A DNA stretch of 64,000 nt from an uncultured Spirochaetaceae bacterium (GTDB lineage: Bacteria > Myxococcota_A > UBA9160 > UBA4427): the NCBI GenBank assembly GCA_964488255.1, contig CAZAUR010000001.1:195244-259243 (forward strand). The letters run 5' to 3'. The notes under the pieces were generated by a model. It made no database searches, was not told the DNA's origin, and saw only the letters and a program-made list of their open reading frames with translations. The number at the start of each line of letters is the position of its first letter. The stretch's first letter is position 1. The translations under genes were made by a program, and so were the position numbers. Positions 1 to 8,797 of this stretch are shown here, in pieces.

Positions 1-41
1 CCTCGAGGGTTTCGCGAGGTGTCGCAAAACCGGACTTCGAG

Positions 42-1694
42 TCAATCATAGAGGCCGTCGACCTGCCAGCACTTCCTCTTCCAATCGAATGCCAATCGAA
101 GCACGGTGCCGTCCGCGAGCTGCACGTCGTAGTGATCGACGGCGAAGTGTGCGGCCTTCGACCACCAGTGCCCGGTCGTTCGCCATGGCCCGGCCGCGGT
201 CACGATCTCGCCTCGACCGAGCGCGGATCGCAGGTGCGCGGGACGTCCGTTCACGAGGCGGACCTCGGCGCGGAGCGGGGGGCGAAGGGCCCGGATCGAG
301 AGGCGCGGTCCACGGCGGGACGGCGGTCGTGTTGGCGCCTGCGGCCTAGCTGGCGCCTGCGGCCGCGCAGAGACCGGCACACTCGGGGCGTTCGTTCTCT
401 TCCTACCCGACGTCTTCCGCCTGGGTGTCGCAGTACGCGGTCTTCGGAAGGGCTTCAACCCGAAGGCGTCCGGACGATGGGTGTCGACGATCTCGGGTGC
501 GCCGACCCGGTCTTCGCCGCAGATCGAAGCGAGCTCGGCCAGGGTCTGGTCGAGGTCGCTCGGACTCGGGCCCCGGGGCAGGAAGAGGTCGAGCTGTTCG
601 CGCCGCAGCGCCAGCCCTTCGCACGCGAGGGTCACGCTCTCGATCGGCGCCATCGGCGGCGCGCGCTCGACGGTGAGCCGCAGCAGTCGCAGCAACACGC
701 GTTCGTCCTGGGTGGGGGTGGCGACGCCGATGCGTCGGCTCTGGCGCGCACCGTTCTCGAGCAGGAGGCCGAGGCGGAGCTCGATACAGCCGAGGCCTCG
801 CAGCGCGAGGCGCTCTCCGAGGCGAGAGACGAGCCCGCGCAGCACGAAGGTCAGGGGCTCGAGGGCGGCGATCGGGGCTTCGAGGTCCTGGCCTTCTTCG
901 AGGGTCGTCGTGCGCGGCTCGGGGATCGGCGGCTCGTCCTCTTCGCCGCGAGCCCGGGCGACGAGCTCGAGGAGGCCCGGGCCGAGACGCGCGGCGAGGT
1001 CCCGGCGCGGCAGGCGCAACAGCTCGCGGATGCGACGTACACCGAAGCGTGTCAGCGACTCGGCGGTCCGATCGTCCGGGTCGAGCAGGTCGATCGGCAG
1101 CGGCTCGAGGAACGCGACCTCGCGCTCGCGGGGGAGGATGCGGGTCGTGGGGAAGTCGTCGATCGCTCGGTCGGGCGTGCTCGCGCGATGATGCAGAGAA
1201 GCGAGCGCAAGATGTCGGGCGGCGAGACGCGAGACGCCGCGGCTCGAGGCGATCGCGATGAAGCCGGGGGTTCCGGCGCGTTCGGCTCGGGCGTGGAAGA
1301 CCGAGGCGAAGGTCGACTCGTCGCCGTGCAGGGCCCGGATCCCGCTCGCATCGACGAACACGACGCCTTCGGAGGCGAAGAACCCCGAACCCCGGGGTGC
1401 GAGCTCGGCTCGCGGCGACAGGGACAGGGCGACGTCGAGCAGGGTCTCCCGGGTCGTACGTTCGAGCACCGGCGAGGCCACGCGCACCTCGATCCGCGGA
1501 CACACGGCGCGGGCCTGGGGCAGGGTCTGCCCGGGGCGCACCGCCTCCCGCGCCGCTTCCTCCGAGACGGCGACGATCTCCGCCCGATTGCCCGGCCCGC
1601 TCGTGATGGCGAGGGGCTGCGCGCGCAGCTCGGGCTCTGCGCGGAGCGTCGCCTGGAGAGGGAGGTCCGGGACGAGCAGACAGCCGACCCGCAC
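42..1694 (-). CDS. imuB: ImuB, Y-family DNA polymerase-like subunit of the ImuA-ImuB-DnaE2 mutagenesis cassette
   Basis: The ORF 42..2069 translation is ImuB/DinB-like from VRVGCLLVPDLPLQ onward (FVDASG..., C-terminal WWS..HYDV..DG). I place the start at GTG 1694, 2 nt after the imuA stop. The upstream 125 codons overlap imuA and look spurious. Confidence 0.8.
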   Translation of the reverse strand: MRVGCLLVPDLPLQATLRAEPELRAQPLAITSGPGNRAEIVAVSEEAAREAVRPGQTLPQARAVCPRIEVRVASPVLERTTRETLLDVALSLSPRAELAPRGSGFFASEGVVFVDASGIRALHGDESTFASVFHARAERAGTPGFIAIASSRGVSRLAARHLALASLHHRASTPDRAIDDFPTTRILPREREVAFLEPLPIDLLDPDDRTAESLTRFGVRRIRELLRLPRRDLAARLGPGLLELVARARGEEDEPPIPEPRTTTLEEGQDLEAPIAALEPLTFVLRGLVSRLGERLALRGLGCIELRLGLLLENGARQSRRIGVATPTQDERVLLRLLRLTVERAPPMAPIESVTLACEGLALRREQLDLFLPRGPSPSDLDQTLAELASICGEDRVGAPEIVDTHRPDAFGLKPFRRPRTATPRRKTSGRKRTNAPSVPVSARPQAPARPQAPTRPPSRRGPRLSIRALRPPLRAEVRLVNGRPAHLRSALGRGEIVTAAGPWRTTGHWWSKAAHFAVDHYDVQLADGTVLRLAFDWKRKCWQVDGLYD

Positions 1695-1696
1695 GC

Positions 1697-2650
1697 CTAA
1701 CGTCCCGGCTCTTTGCGCATCGCGTCGACCTCGAGACTCGAACGAAGCTGGACCTTCTCGCCGGTCGGTCGGCTGCGATGGCGACGCAGGACGGCTTCGG
1801 TTCCGATCGACTCGAGCAGCGGAGGGGCCGAGTGGAAGCGCACGTCGCCAGGGCGCATCTCGAGCACGAGCTCCGCCCGGGAGCCCGTCACCGGCGTGTC
1901 CGCCACAACGACGAGGGTCGTGCGCGTACCCGCGGCGAGGCGAGCGAGGCGCAGCCAGGTCACGTCCTTCAGGCGGAGGCGGAAGCCGTTCTCGGAGGGG
2001 GAGGAGAGTCGGAAGAGATCGAACACGACGAGCTCGAAGCCCTCCGTCCGCATGACGCGTTCGCAGCATCGAAGGGCCTCGTCCGCGTCCCGGGCTCGGA
2101 CCCAGAGCAGCCGGTCGAGGTCGCGGTCCTCGCCTCCCCGCGCCCGGATCGCGCCGAGGGCCGAGCCCGGGTCGAAGGCGTCCGCCAGGTCGATCCAGGC
2201 GGCGAGCACACCGCCCGCCAGGGTCTCGGCGAGGAGTCCCTGAGCGACGGCGGTCCGGCCGGCGCTCTGGCCCGGATGGAGCGTGGCTTCGGCCGGGCCG
2301 CAGATCTCCGACAGGCGTCCGATCGGGAAGCCCCCTCCGAGGAGCCGGTCCAGGGCGTGGACGCCGGTCGGGTGCCAGCGGGGGGCGTCGGCGACCGCGC
2401 GAGCGGAGCCTTTCTGGATCTGGGAACCGAGGTCGACGAGCAGGGCCTCGAGGGCCTCGCTGCGTCCGGGGAGCACGGGGGGCTCGGCTGCTCGAGGAGC
2501 ACGTCTCAGCGGACGGGGCCGGTGCTCGGGAAACGAGGGGCCGATCCGGGGAGACGAGGGCAGTCGGGACCTGTGTGCACTCCGGCTACGGGGGGAGCCT
2601 TCGGGACCTCTGACCCGTCCGACCGGGGAGTCGGAGGGCGCGGGGGGCAT
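1697..2650 (-). CDS. imuA: ImuA, RecA/SulA-fold accessory protein of the mutasome
   Basis: Translation shows LDRLLGGGFPIGRLSEICGP...GRT...AWIDLADAFDP, typical of ImuA. It lies directly upstream of imuB on the same strand. The stop is CGT TAG at 1697. Confidence 0.7.
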   Translation of the reverse strand: MPPAPSDSPVGRVRGPEGSPRSRSAHRSRLPSSPRIGPSFPEHRPRPLRRAPRAAEPPVLPGRSEALEALLVDLGSQIQKGSARAVADAPRWHPTGVHALDRLLGGGFPIGRLSEICGPAEATLHPGQSAGRTAVAQGLLAETLAGGVLAAWIDLADAFDPGSALGAIRARGGEDRDLDRLLWVRARDADEALRCCERVMRTEGFELVVFDLFRLSSPSENGFRLRLKDVTWLRLARLAAGTRTTLVVVADTPVTGSRAELVLEMRPGDVRFHSAPPLLESIGTEAVLRRHRSRPTGEKVQLRSSLEVDAMRKEPGR

Positions 2651-2656
2651 GTCCCG

Positions 2657-2695
2657 ATATTCGCCTTGTTTTCGCCTTCGTCAAGGGGCGAAAAC
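2657..2695 (-). promoter_or_regulatory. Candidate imuA promoter (-35 TTGACG, -10 GAATAT) overlapped by repeat/inverted-repeat operator
   Basis: Read on the minus strand: TTGACG (2684..2679), a 16-nt spacer, GAATAT (2662..2657), then 6 nt to the ATG at 2650. GTTTTCGCC (2668-2676) and GGCGAAAAC (2687-2695) form a 9-bp inverted repeat around the -35. A third half-site, TATTCGCC, sits at 2658-2665. Confidence 0.35.
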
Positions 2696-2713
2696 GATCC
2701 GGGTTCGCGGGCG

Positions 2714-3099
2714 CTACGACGAGCAGATGCGCTCTCTCAGCCAGGCCGTGAGCTCGCCTCGCGACGTCTCTCCGGCCGCGACAGCGAGTACCACGCGTTC
2801 CTGCTCATCTACGTCCGCTTCGATCTCGTACCCGTTCAGGACGAGAAGCACTTCCATCACCGCGTGACCGATGCGCTTGTTGCCATCGACGAACGCGTGG
2901 TTGGCGATCAGCGAGAAGCCCACGGCGCCCGCCTCTCGACGAGCGTCGGGTAGAGATCGCCACCAGCGAAGCTCTGGCGTGGCTGAGCCAGCGCCGACTC
3001 GAGAAGACCCAGGTCACGCAGGCCGATCCCACCGCCCGACTGCGCCGCGAGTCGCTCGTGAAGCGCCAGCACCTCCCGGATCGAGAGGTAGCGTGTCAC
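2714..3099 (-). pseudogene. doc: Doc (death-on-curing, Fic-fold) toxin, split by a 1-nt frameshift
   Basis: ORF 2908..3099 encodes the Doc N-terminus (MTRYLSIREVLALHERL..GLRDLGLLESALAQP..DLYPTLVE). ORF 2714..2923 encodes the rest with the Fic motif HAFVDGNKRIG. The span is 386 nt (3n+2), and the frames switch in GAGAGGCGGGCGCC near 2925-2938. Confidence 0.75.
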
Positions 3100-3290
3100 G
3101 CGAGACGCCGATACAGCTCCTCGTTCTTCTCGAGAACGCGCGAGGCCGCTGCATCGAAGTCGGGACCTTCGGATTCGATCAGATCGGCAACTGCAGCGAG
3201 GACGAGCTGCTCGGGTTCGACGCCGAGACGAGCGGCCCCCTCACGGAGGCGCTCCGCCTGTTGCTCGGTGAGTTCGATCGCGACCTTCAT
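3096..3290 (-). CDS. Putative antitoxin partner of Doc (small, helical/RHH-like)
   Basis: A 64-aa product (MKVAIELTEQQAERL...). GAGGA lies 7 nt upstream of the ATG at 3290. Its stop overlaps the doc GTG start in a GTGA overlap at 3096-3099. Confidence 0.6.
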   Translation of the reverse strand: MKVAIELTEQQAERLREGAARLGVEPEQLVLAAVADLIESEGPDFDAAASRVLEKNEELYRRLA

Positions 3291-3365
3291 CGGATGTCCT
3301 CGCGCGATTCCGGGGCTGGCCAAGGATAGCTGGTCGGCCGATTCGGGGCTCCGACCGCCTGGAGG

Positions 3366-3989
3366 TCACGCGATCCGCGTCCGTCCGTCCTCGATCGTGA
3401 CCCGTCCCTCCGCGATCAGCTGGATCGCCTTCGGGACGAGCTCGCGCTCGAGGGCCTGGACGCGGGCGGCGAGGCTGTCCGGTGTGTCGTCGTCGCGGAC
3501 CTCGACCGTGTCCTGGAGCAGGATCGGCCCTTCGTCGTACTCCTCGCTCGCGTAATGGACGGTCGCGCCGGTCAGCTTCACGCCCTTCGCGAGCACGGCT
3601 TCGTGCACGTGGTGGCCGTAGAAGCCCTTGCCCGAGAAGGCCGGGACCAGCGCCGGATGCACGTTCAGGGTCTTCCCTTCGTAGCGTCCGCGCAGCTCGA
3701 AGATCGAGAGGAACCCGAGCAGGCACACGAGGTCGGGGGCGAAGGGCTCGAGGGCTTCGTGGAGCGCGTCGTTGAACGCGGCCGAGTCCGCGTACTCGCG
3801 ACGCGGCACGGCGATCGCGGGCACCCCGCGTCGCTCCGCGCGCTCCAGACCGAACGCACTCTTCTTCGACGCGACGACGCAGACGACCTCCGCCGGGAGT
3901 CCGCCGTCGATGTGCTCGAAGAGGTTCTCCAGGCTCGTGCCGCTCCCGGAGAGCAGGACGGCGACGCGAATGGGGCGGGTCGCGGCCAA
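3366..3989 (-). CDS. purN: Phosphoribosylglycinamide formyltransferase
   Basis: The translation has RVAVLLSGSGTSL, NVHPALVPAFSG and GATVHY...DEGPI motifs over a PurN-length 207 aa. Confidence 0.9.
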   Translation of the reverse strand: MAATRPIRVAVLLSGSGTSLENLFEHIDGGLPAEVVCVVASKKSAFGLERAERRGVPAIAVPRREYADSAAFNDALHEALEPFAPDLVCLLGFLSIFELRGRYEGKTLNVHPALVPAFSGKGFYGHHVHEAVLAKGVKLTGATVHYASEEYDEGPILLQDTVEVRDDDTPDSLAARVQALERELVPKAIQLIAEGRVTIEDGRTRIA

Positions 3990-3993
3990 GGGG

Positions 3994-4860
3994 CTAGCCG
4001 AAGAGATTCTGGTGGATCTCTCGCGAGGCGGGAGACCGGTTGAGCGTGAAGAGATGGATGCCCGGCACGCCGTGCTCGAGCAGCTCGCGACACTGATCCG
4101 TCGCCCATCGCACGCCGAGCTGGTAGGTCGCGTCGTCGTCGCCCTCGACGCGGTCGAGCTCGACGTCGAGCTCGGCCGGGAAGGACGTGTCGTTCACCCC
4201 GGCCATGCGGCGGATGCCCGCGACGCTCGCGATCGGCATGATCCCCGGCACGATCGGGACATCGATCCCCGCGTCGCGCGCGGCGATCTCGAACTCGAAG
4301 AACTTCTGGTTGTCCAGGAAGAGGTTGCTGATCAGGAACTCGCAGCCCGCGTCGACCTTGCGCTTCAGGTTGACGAGGTCGGTCGCGAGGTCCGGCGCAT
4401 CGGGATGGACCTCCGGCGAGCAGGCACCGCCGATCGAGAATCCACCGCGGGCGGCGATGAACTCGACGAGCTCGTTGGCGTAGTCGAACGCCTCGGGCGG
4501 GTTCACGAAGTCCGGATCGTCCTTCGGCGGATCGCCGCGCAGCGCCAGGATGTCGCGGATCCCGCCGCTCTCGAGCTGATCGAGGATCGTGGTCACCTGC
4601 GCCGGCCGATAGCCGGTGCAGGGTAGGTGGCACATCGTGAGCATGCCGACGTCCCGGGTGATCTCGATCGTCAGGTCGACGGTCTTCTCGCGCGTCGTAC
4701 CGCCGGCGCCCATCGTCACGGACACGAAGGCCGGATCGATCTGCTTCAGGTCTTCGATCGTGCGGCGAAGCGTGCGGTAGCCCACGTCGGTCTTGGGCGG
4801 GAAGAACTCGTAGGACAGGACGGGTCCGTCCGCGTCCGCGTAGATGTCGGTGATCCCCAT
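3994..4860 (-). CDS. metF: Methylenetetrahydrofolate reductase
   Basis: The last 288 aa of ORF 3994..6792 (SYEFFPPKT...VTMGAGG...ALRGDPP) are MetF-like. The ATG at 4860 was verified. The long N-terminal extension is antisense to real plus-strand genes. Confidence 0.9.
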   Translation of the reverse strand: MGITDIYADADGPVLSYEFFPPKTDVGYRTLRRTIEDLKQIDPAFVSVTMGAGGTTREKTVDLTIEITRDVGMLTMCHLPCTGYRPAQVTTILDQLESGGIRDILALRGDPPKDDPDFVNPPEAFDYANELVEFIAARGGFSIGGACSPEVHPDAPDLATDLVNLKRKVDAGCEFLISNLFLDNQKFFEFEIAARDAGIDVPIVPGIMPIASVAGIRRMAGVNDTSFPAELDVELDRVEGDDDATYQLGVRWATDQCRELLEHGVPGIHLFTLNRSPASREIHQNLFG

Positions 4861-4983
4861 ACGGGCAGCGTAGCACCGCGAGGGGGCCGGGATCCGCTGG
4901 TTGACGCCCTGCCTGCCACCGGCGAGACTGCGAGCCGCTCGCGTCGAGGCCCGCATGGCCGGCGCGCCAGGGAGTCTCGCCAC

Positions 4984-5946
4984 ATGTCCGTTCTCGTCAC
5001 CGGCTCCGTCGCCGTCGATCACATCATGGTCTTCGAGGATCATTTTTCGAACCACTTCGTGAGCGACAAGCTCGAGAAGCTGAACGTGGCCTTCCACGTG
5101 CCGCAGATGACGAAGAAGTACGGCGGCACCGGCGGCAACATCGCGTACAACCTCGCCCGACTGGGGATCGATCCGATCCTGCTCGCCGCGGTGGGCCCCG
5201 ACCTCGGCGCCTACGGCGAGTGGATGGACCAGAGCGGGGTGCATCGTGACCACCTCTACGTGATCGACGACGAGTACACGTCGGCGTGCTTCATCACGAC
5301 GGACGCCGCGAACAACCAGCTGATCTCGTTCCATCCCGGCGCAATGGATCGCGCGCACGAGCGGAAGATCGCGGACGTGACCGAAGACTTCTCGGTCGGG
5401 ATCGTGTCGCCGAACGGACGGCAGGCGATGATCGAATACGCGCGGGACCTGAAGGACCGCGGCGTGCAGACCGTCGTCGATCCCGGCCAGGGCCTGCCGA
5501 TCCTCGACAAGGACGACCTGCTGACCGCGCTCTCGGGCGCCGCGGTCTACATCGTGAACGAATACGAGTGGGAGCTCACTCGGGAGAAGACCGGCCTCGA
5601 CGAGGACGCGATCGCGGAGCGCGTCGGCGCGCTGATCGTCACGCGGGGCGAGGACGGCTCCCTGCTTCGTCGAGGTGGTCTCGACTGCGGGATCACCGTC
5701 GAGAACGCTCGGAGCGAGATCGCGCCCGTCGAAGCCGAAGAAGTCGTCGATCCGACGGGCTGCGGCGACGCCTATCGCGCCGGGCTCCTCTATGCGATCG
5801 CGAACGGGCTCTCGCTCGAGACCGGCACGAAGCTCGGCAGCCTGATGGGGTCGATCAAGGTCGCGCGCAGCGGGCCGCAGGGAATCGAGCTCGACCTCGA
5901 CGGGATCCGCGGGCGCTATCAGCAGGTCTTCGGCGAGGACTTCTAG
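4984..5946 (+). CDS. PfkB-family carbohydrate/nucleoside kinase
   Basis: Starts at ATG 4984 (MSVLVTGSVAVDHI...). Contains GGTGGNIAYNLARLG and the C-terminal DPTGCGDAYRAG motif typical of PfkB/ribokinase-like kinases. Confidence 0.8.
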   Translation: MSVLVTGSVAVDHIMVFEDHFSNHFVSDKLEKLNVAFHVPQMTKKYGGTGGNIAYNLARLGIDPILLAAVGPDLGAYGEWMDQSGVHRDHLYVIDDEYTSACFITTDAANNQLISFHPGAMDRAHERKIADVTEDFSVGIVSPNGRQAMIEYARDLKDRGVQTVVDPGQGLPILDKDDLLTALSGAAVYIVNEYEWELTREKTGLDEDAIAERVGALIVTRGEDGSLLRRGGLDCGITVENARSEIAPVEAEEVVDPTGCGDAYRAGLLYAIANGLSLETGTKLGSLMGSIKVARSGPQGIELDLDGIRGRYQQVFGEDF

Positions 5947-5991
5947 CGGCCAGCGCTTCCCTTCTCGGCCGAATCGGAGGGGATCGAGTCC

Positions 5992-7137
5992 ATGTCCATG
6001 TCGATGGCAGCGGACGGGTTCGACGTCGTCGTGATCGGCGCCGGTGTGATCGGGCTGGCGATCGCGGCTCGCCTCGCGCGGGACGATCGTTCGGTCCTCG
6101 TCCTCGAACGAGAGACCGGGATCGCCCGCGGCGTGACGAGTCGCAACAGCGAGGTGATCCACGCCGGGATCTACCATCCTGCGGACTCGCTCAAGGCGAC
6201 GACCTGCGTGGCCGGGCGCGAGCGGCTCTACGCGTGGTGCGCCGAGCGCCGGGTTCCGCATCGGCGCGTCGGCAAGCTGATCGTGGCGACCGCCGAGGCC
6301 GAGGTCGCGATCCTCGAGCATCTCCAGGCGCGGGGACGGGCGAACGGCGTGGCACGCCTCGACCTGATCGACACCGCGGCGTGTCGCGCGCTCGAAAACG
6401 ATGTGTCCGCCGTCGCCGCGCTGCACTCGCCGGACACCGGGATCGTCGACACCCATGCGTTCTCGACGAGCCTGCTGGCCGAGGCGGAGCGCCAGGGTGC
6501 CGTGCTCGCCCAGGCCCGCGAGGTGATCTCGCTCGAGCGCGCGGGCGACGACTGGCGGATCGAGGCGGTCGGGGAGGGCGATGCCGTCGAACGGATCTCG
6601 GCTGCGATCGTCGTCGACGCCGCGGGGCTCGATGCGGATCGGATCGCCGCTCTGGCCGGAGTCGACATCGACGCGCACGGACTCCGCCACCATCCTTGCA
6701 AGGGCGACTACTTCAGGTTGGCGCCGGGCGTTTCGGTTTCGGCGGAGCACTTGATCTATCCCGTGCCGCAACAGGCCGGGCTCGGGATCCACCTGACCCT
6801 CGACCTCGCCGGCCGCACGCGATTCGGGCCAGACGCGGACTACGTCGATCGGCGCGACGACTTCGACGTCGATCCGGCGAAGGGCGCAGCCTTCTCCGAC
6901 GCGATCGCGCGCTACCTGCCTTCAGCGGCCGGGGCCACGCTCGTTCCGGACTATGCCGGAATCCGACCGAAGCTCGCCGGTCCAGGCGAGGCGTTCCGCG
7001 ACTTCGTCGTCGAGGAGGGAAGCGCGTGGGGCGCTCCGGGCTTCGTCGGCTGCCTCGGCATCGAGTCGCCGGGCCTCACTTCGGCCCTCGCGATCGCCGA
7101 ACGGGTGGCGGGCCTTCTCGCTGGTCGACTCGCCTAG
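5992..7137 (+). CDS. FAD-dependent oxidoreductase, L-2-hydroxyglutarate oxidase/dehydrogenase-like
   Basis: N-terminal DVVVIGAGVIGLAIA Rossmann motif, then SRNSEVIHAGIYH, CKGDYFRL and GIESPGLTS. This is LhgO/COG0579-like. Confidence 0.7.
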   Translation: MSMSMAADGFDVVVIGAGVIGLAIAARLARDDRSVLVLERETGIARGVTSRNSEVIHAGIYHPADSLKATTCVAGRERLYAWCAERRVPHRRVGKLIVATAEAEVAILEHLQARGRANGVARLDLIDTAACRALENDVSAVAALHSPDTGIVDTHAFSTSLLAEAERQGAVLAQAREVISLERAGDDWRIEAVGEGDAVERISAAIVVDAAGLDADRIAALAGVDIDAHGLRHHPCKGDYFRLAPGVSVSAEHLIYPVPQQAGLGIHLTLDLAGRTRFGPDADYVDRRDDFDVDPAKGAAFSDAIARYLPSAAGATLVPDYAGIRPKLAGPGEAFRDFVVEEGSAWGAPGFVGCLGIESPGLTSALAIAERVAGLLAGRLA

Positions 7138-7958
7138 CGCTCCAGCCAGAGCACGGAACAACCCATGTTGTCTCCGGCCTTCTGGTCGCGGTGGGAGCGC
7201 ATCGCCGCCTCCACGACCGAGCGGCAGGTGTCCACCGCGCGCCGGTCCGGCGGTGCGTCGATCGACGCGCGACCGACGGCGCCCTGGACCGCATGGGCCG
7301 GATCGGCGACGCCGATCCCGGGCTCCGAGAGTCCATCCGTCGCGAGCACGACGGCGCGCAGGTCCGACACGTGCCGCACGCCGACCTTCGCGTATTGCTG
7401 GAGAAGCTCCGGGCGCGCCTCCTCGTAACCGAGGAAGGGCGTGAACTTCCACGAAGGGTCGCGGCCCCCGAGCTCGGTGGCATAGCCCGCGTCGACCGCG
7501 AAGAGGTGGCTGTCGCCGACCGACATGTGGAGCATCAAGTCGTCGCCGGGACGCACGAGGGCGGCGACGAAGGTCGTCGGCGCCGGCGGCAACTGGTTGC
7601 GACCCGCGACTTCGAGGATCGCCCGGTTCGCCGCCATCAGGGCGTCGAGTCCCAGCGAGTGCCATTCGGTCTCACTCGTAGACGGCGCATGCGGCGCGGT
7701 CCAGGTCGCGGCGAACTCTTCGAGCAGGACCTGGACGGCCGCTTCGGAGCCGAGCTCGCCGTGGTGACCGTCCGCCGCGATCGCGAGGGTGCCGCCTTCC
7801 CCGAGCGCGAACGCGACGCAGTCCTCGTTGGGATCCGTGTACGAGTAGGTCTTGCGCGCACCGCCGCGCGAGAGCGCGACCGCGGCGTGTCCCAGCCCCT
7901 CGAGCTCGAGCCGCCCGACCTGCTGATGGTCACGTCCGCGAAGAAAGGCGGTCTGCAT
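7134..7958 (-). CDS. PP2C-family Ser/Thr protein phosphatase
   Basis: Contains NEDCVAF, AIAADGHHG, VGDSHLF, LATDGLSE and GDNMGCSVL motifs. I prefer the ATG at 7958 over the GTG at 8009. Its stop overlaps the stop of the convergent oxidoreductase. Confidence 0.75.
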   Translation of the reverse strand: MQTAFLRGRDHQQVGRLELEGLGHAAVALSRGGARKTYSYTDPNEDCVAFALGEGGTLAIAADGHHGELGSEAAVQVLLEEFAATWTAPHAPSTSETEWHSLGLDALMAANRAILEVAGRNQLPPAPTTFVAALVRPGDDLMLHMSVGDSHLFAVDAGYATELGGRDPSWKFTPFLGYEEARPELLQQYAKVGVRHVSDLRAVVLATDGLSEPGIGVADPAHAVQGAVGRASIDAPPDRRAVDTCRSVVEAAMRSHRDQKAGDNMGCSVLWLER

Positions 7959-8161
7959 CGTGCGGGTGTGTCCTTTCGAACGGATGTCGGTTGCGAGAAG
8001 CGCTGACACTTTCGATGCGTCGCTCGGGTCCAGGTCGTTCCCGACCGTTTGCGACCCGGAGGTTAGTGCGTCCCGCGACGATTGGGATCGCGCGACGGGC
8101 GCTCCATCCGATATCTTCGCGAAGCGCGTGCCGCGCTACGCGCCATCGAGGAGCAGGCCTT

Positions 8162-8797
8162 ATGGGAGGCTCGGTCGAGTCTGGAATCCAGCTCGCGTTC
8201 GCGATCGCCCACGAGGTCGGCAACCACCTCGGCGGGATCCGCCTGCAAGCGCACCTGCTCGACGACGAGCTCGATGCGCGGGAGATGGCAGAGGCCTCCG
8301 TCCTGATCGACGGCCTGGCCGGTCGCTCGGGACCGTTGCTTGCGCTCTTGCGTCCCCTCCTGTCCGACGATTGGCGCCACGCCGGCGGCGCCAGCTGGTC
8401 CGGCGTCCTGGGCCGCGTCGCGCAGCAGATCGAGGACGAGGGCACCCGTGGCGTCGGCTTCGAGGTCACGGGCGATCTCGACACGACCGTAGCCGCGCCG
8501 GACTTCGATTGGGTTCATCCGCTCCTGATCGTCCTCGTCGAGTCGACCCTCGCGCACGTGGCCGGGCGGGGCGCTTCCGCGAATGTGCGGCTGTTGCTCT
8601 CCGAGGACGATGGAGGCGTTCGCCTTGCCGTCGAGGACGATGGAGATCCCGAGGATCTCTCGGTCGAGGCGGCCCGGTGTGGTCGCCCCCTCGCGGTCGC
8701 GATCGCGAGGGAACTCCTGGAGCGGATCGCCGGGTCGGTCGAGACGCAGGAGGCCGATGGGCGGACGACGGTGACGCTGGTGTTTCCGCTGGGGTGA
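8162..8797 (+). CDS. Sensor-less histidine kinase-like protein with degenerate ATP-binding boxes
   Basis: H-box AHEVGNHLGGIRLQAHLL followed by a HATPase-like C-terminus. The N-box Asn is absent (LVESTLAHV), and the G boxes read DDGDPED and GRPLAV. Confidence 0.65.
   Translation: MGGSVESGIQLAFAIAHEVGNHLGGIRLQAHLLDDELDAREMAEASVLIDGLAGRSGPLLALLRPLLSDDWRHAGGASWSGVLGRVAQQIEDEGTRGVGFEVTGDLDTTVAAPDFDWVHPLLIVLVESTLAHVAGRGASANVRLLLSEDDGGVRLAVEDDGDPEDLSVEAARCGRPLAVAIARELLERIAGSVETQEADGRTTVTLVFPLG

Noticed and set aside
333-364. 18-bp tandem duplication inside imuB (TGGCGCCTGCGGCC at period 18, encoding ARPQAP twice).
   Set aside because: It is an in-frame duplication in a low-complexity linker of ImuB. 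This is ordinary slippage with no evident functional implication.
4861-4983. Possible SAM or cobalamin riboswitch in the metF 5' region.
   Set aside because: I could not recognise any conserved riboswitch core motif by eye, and the gap is only 123 bp shared with a divergent gene. An Rfam scan would be needed, so I make no claim.
4861-6792. N-terminal 640-aa extension of the metF ORF (3994..6792).
   Set aside because: Only the last 288 aa are MetF-like, with a verified ATG at 4860. The extension is antisense to the PfkB kinase and oxidoreductase genes.
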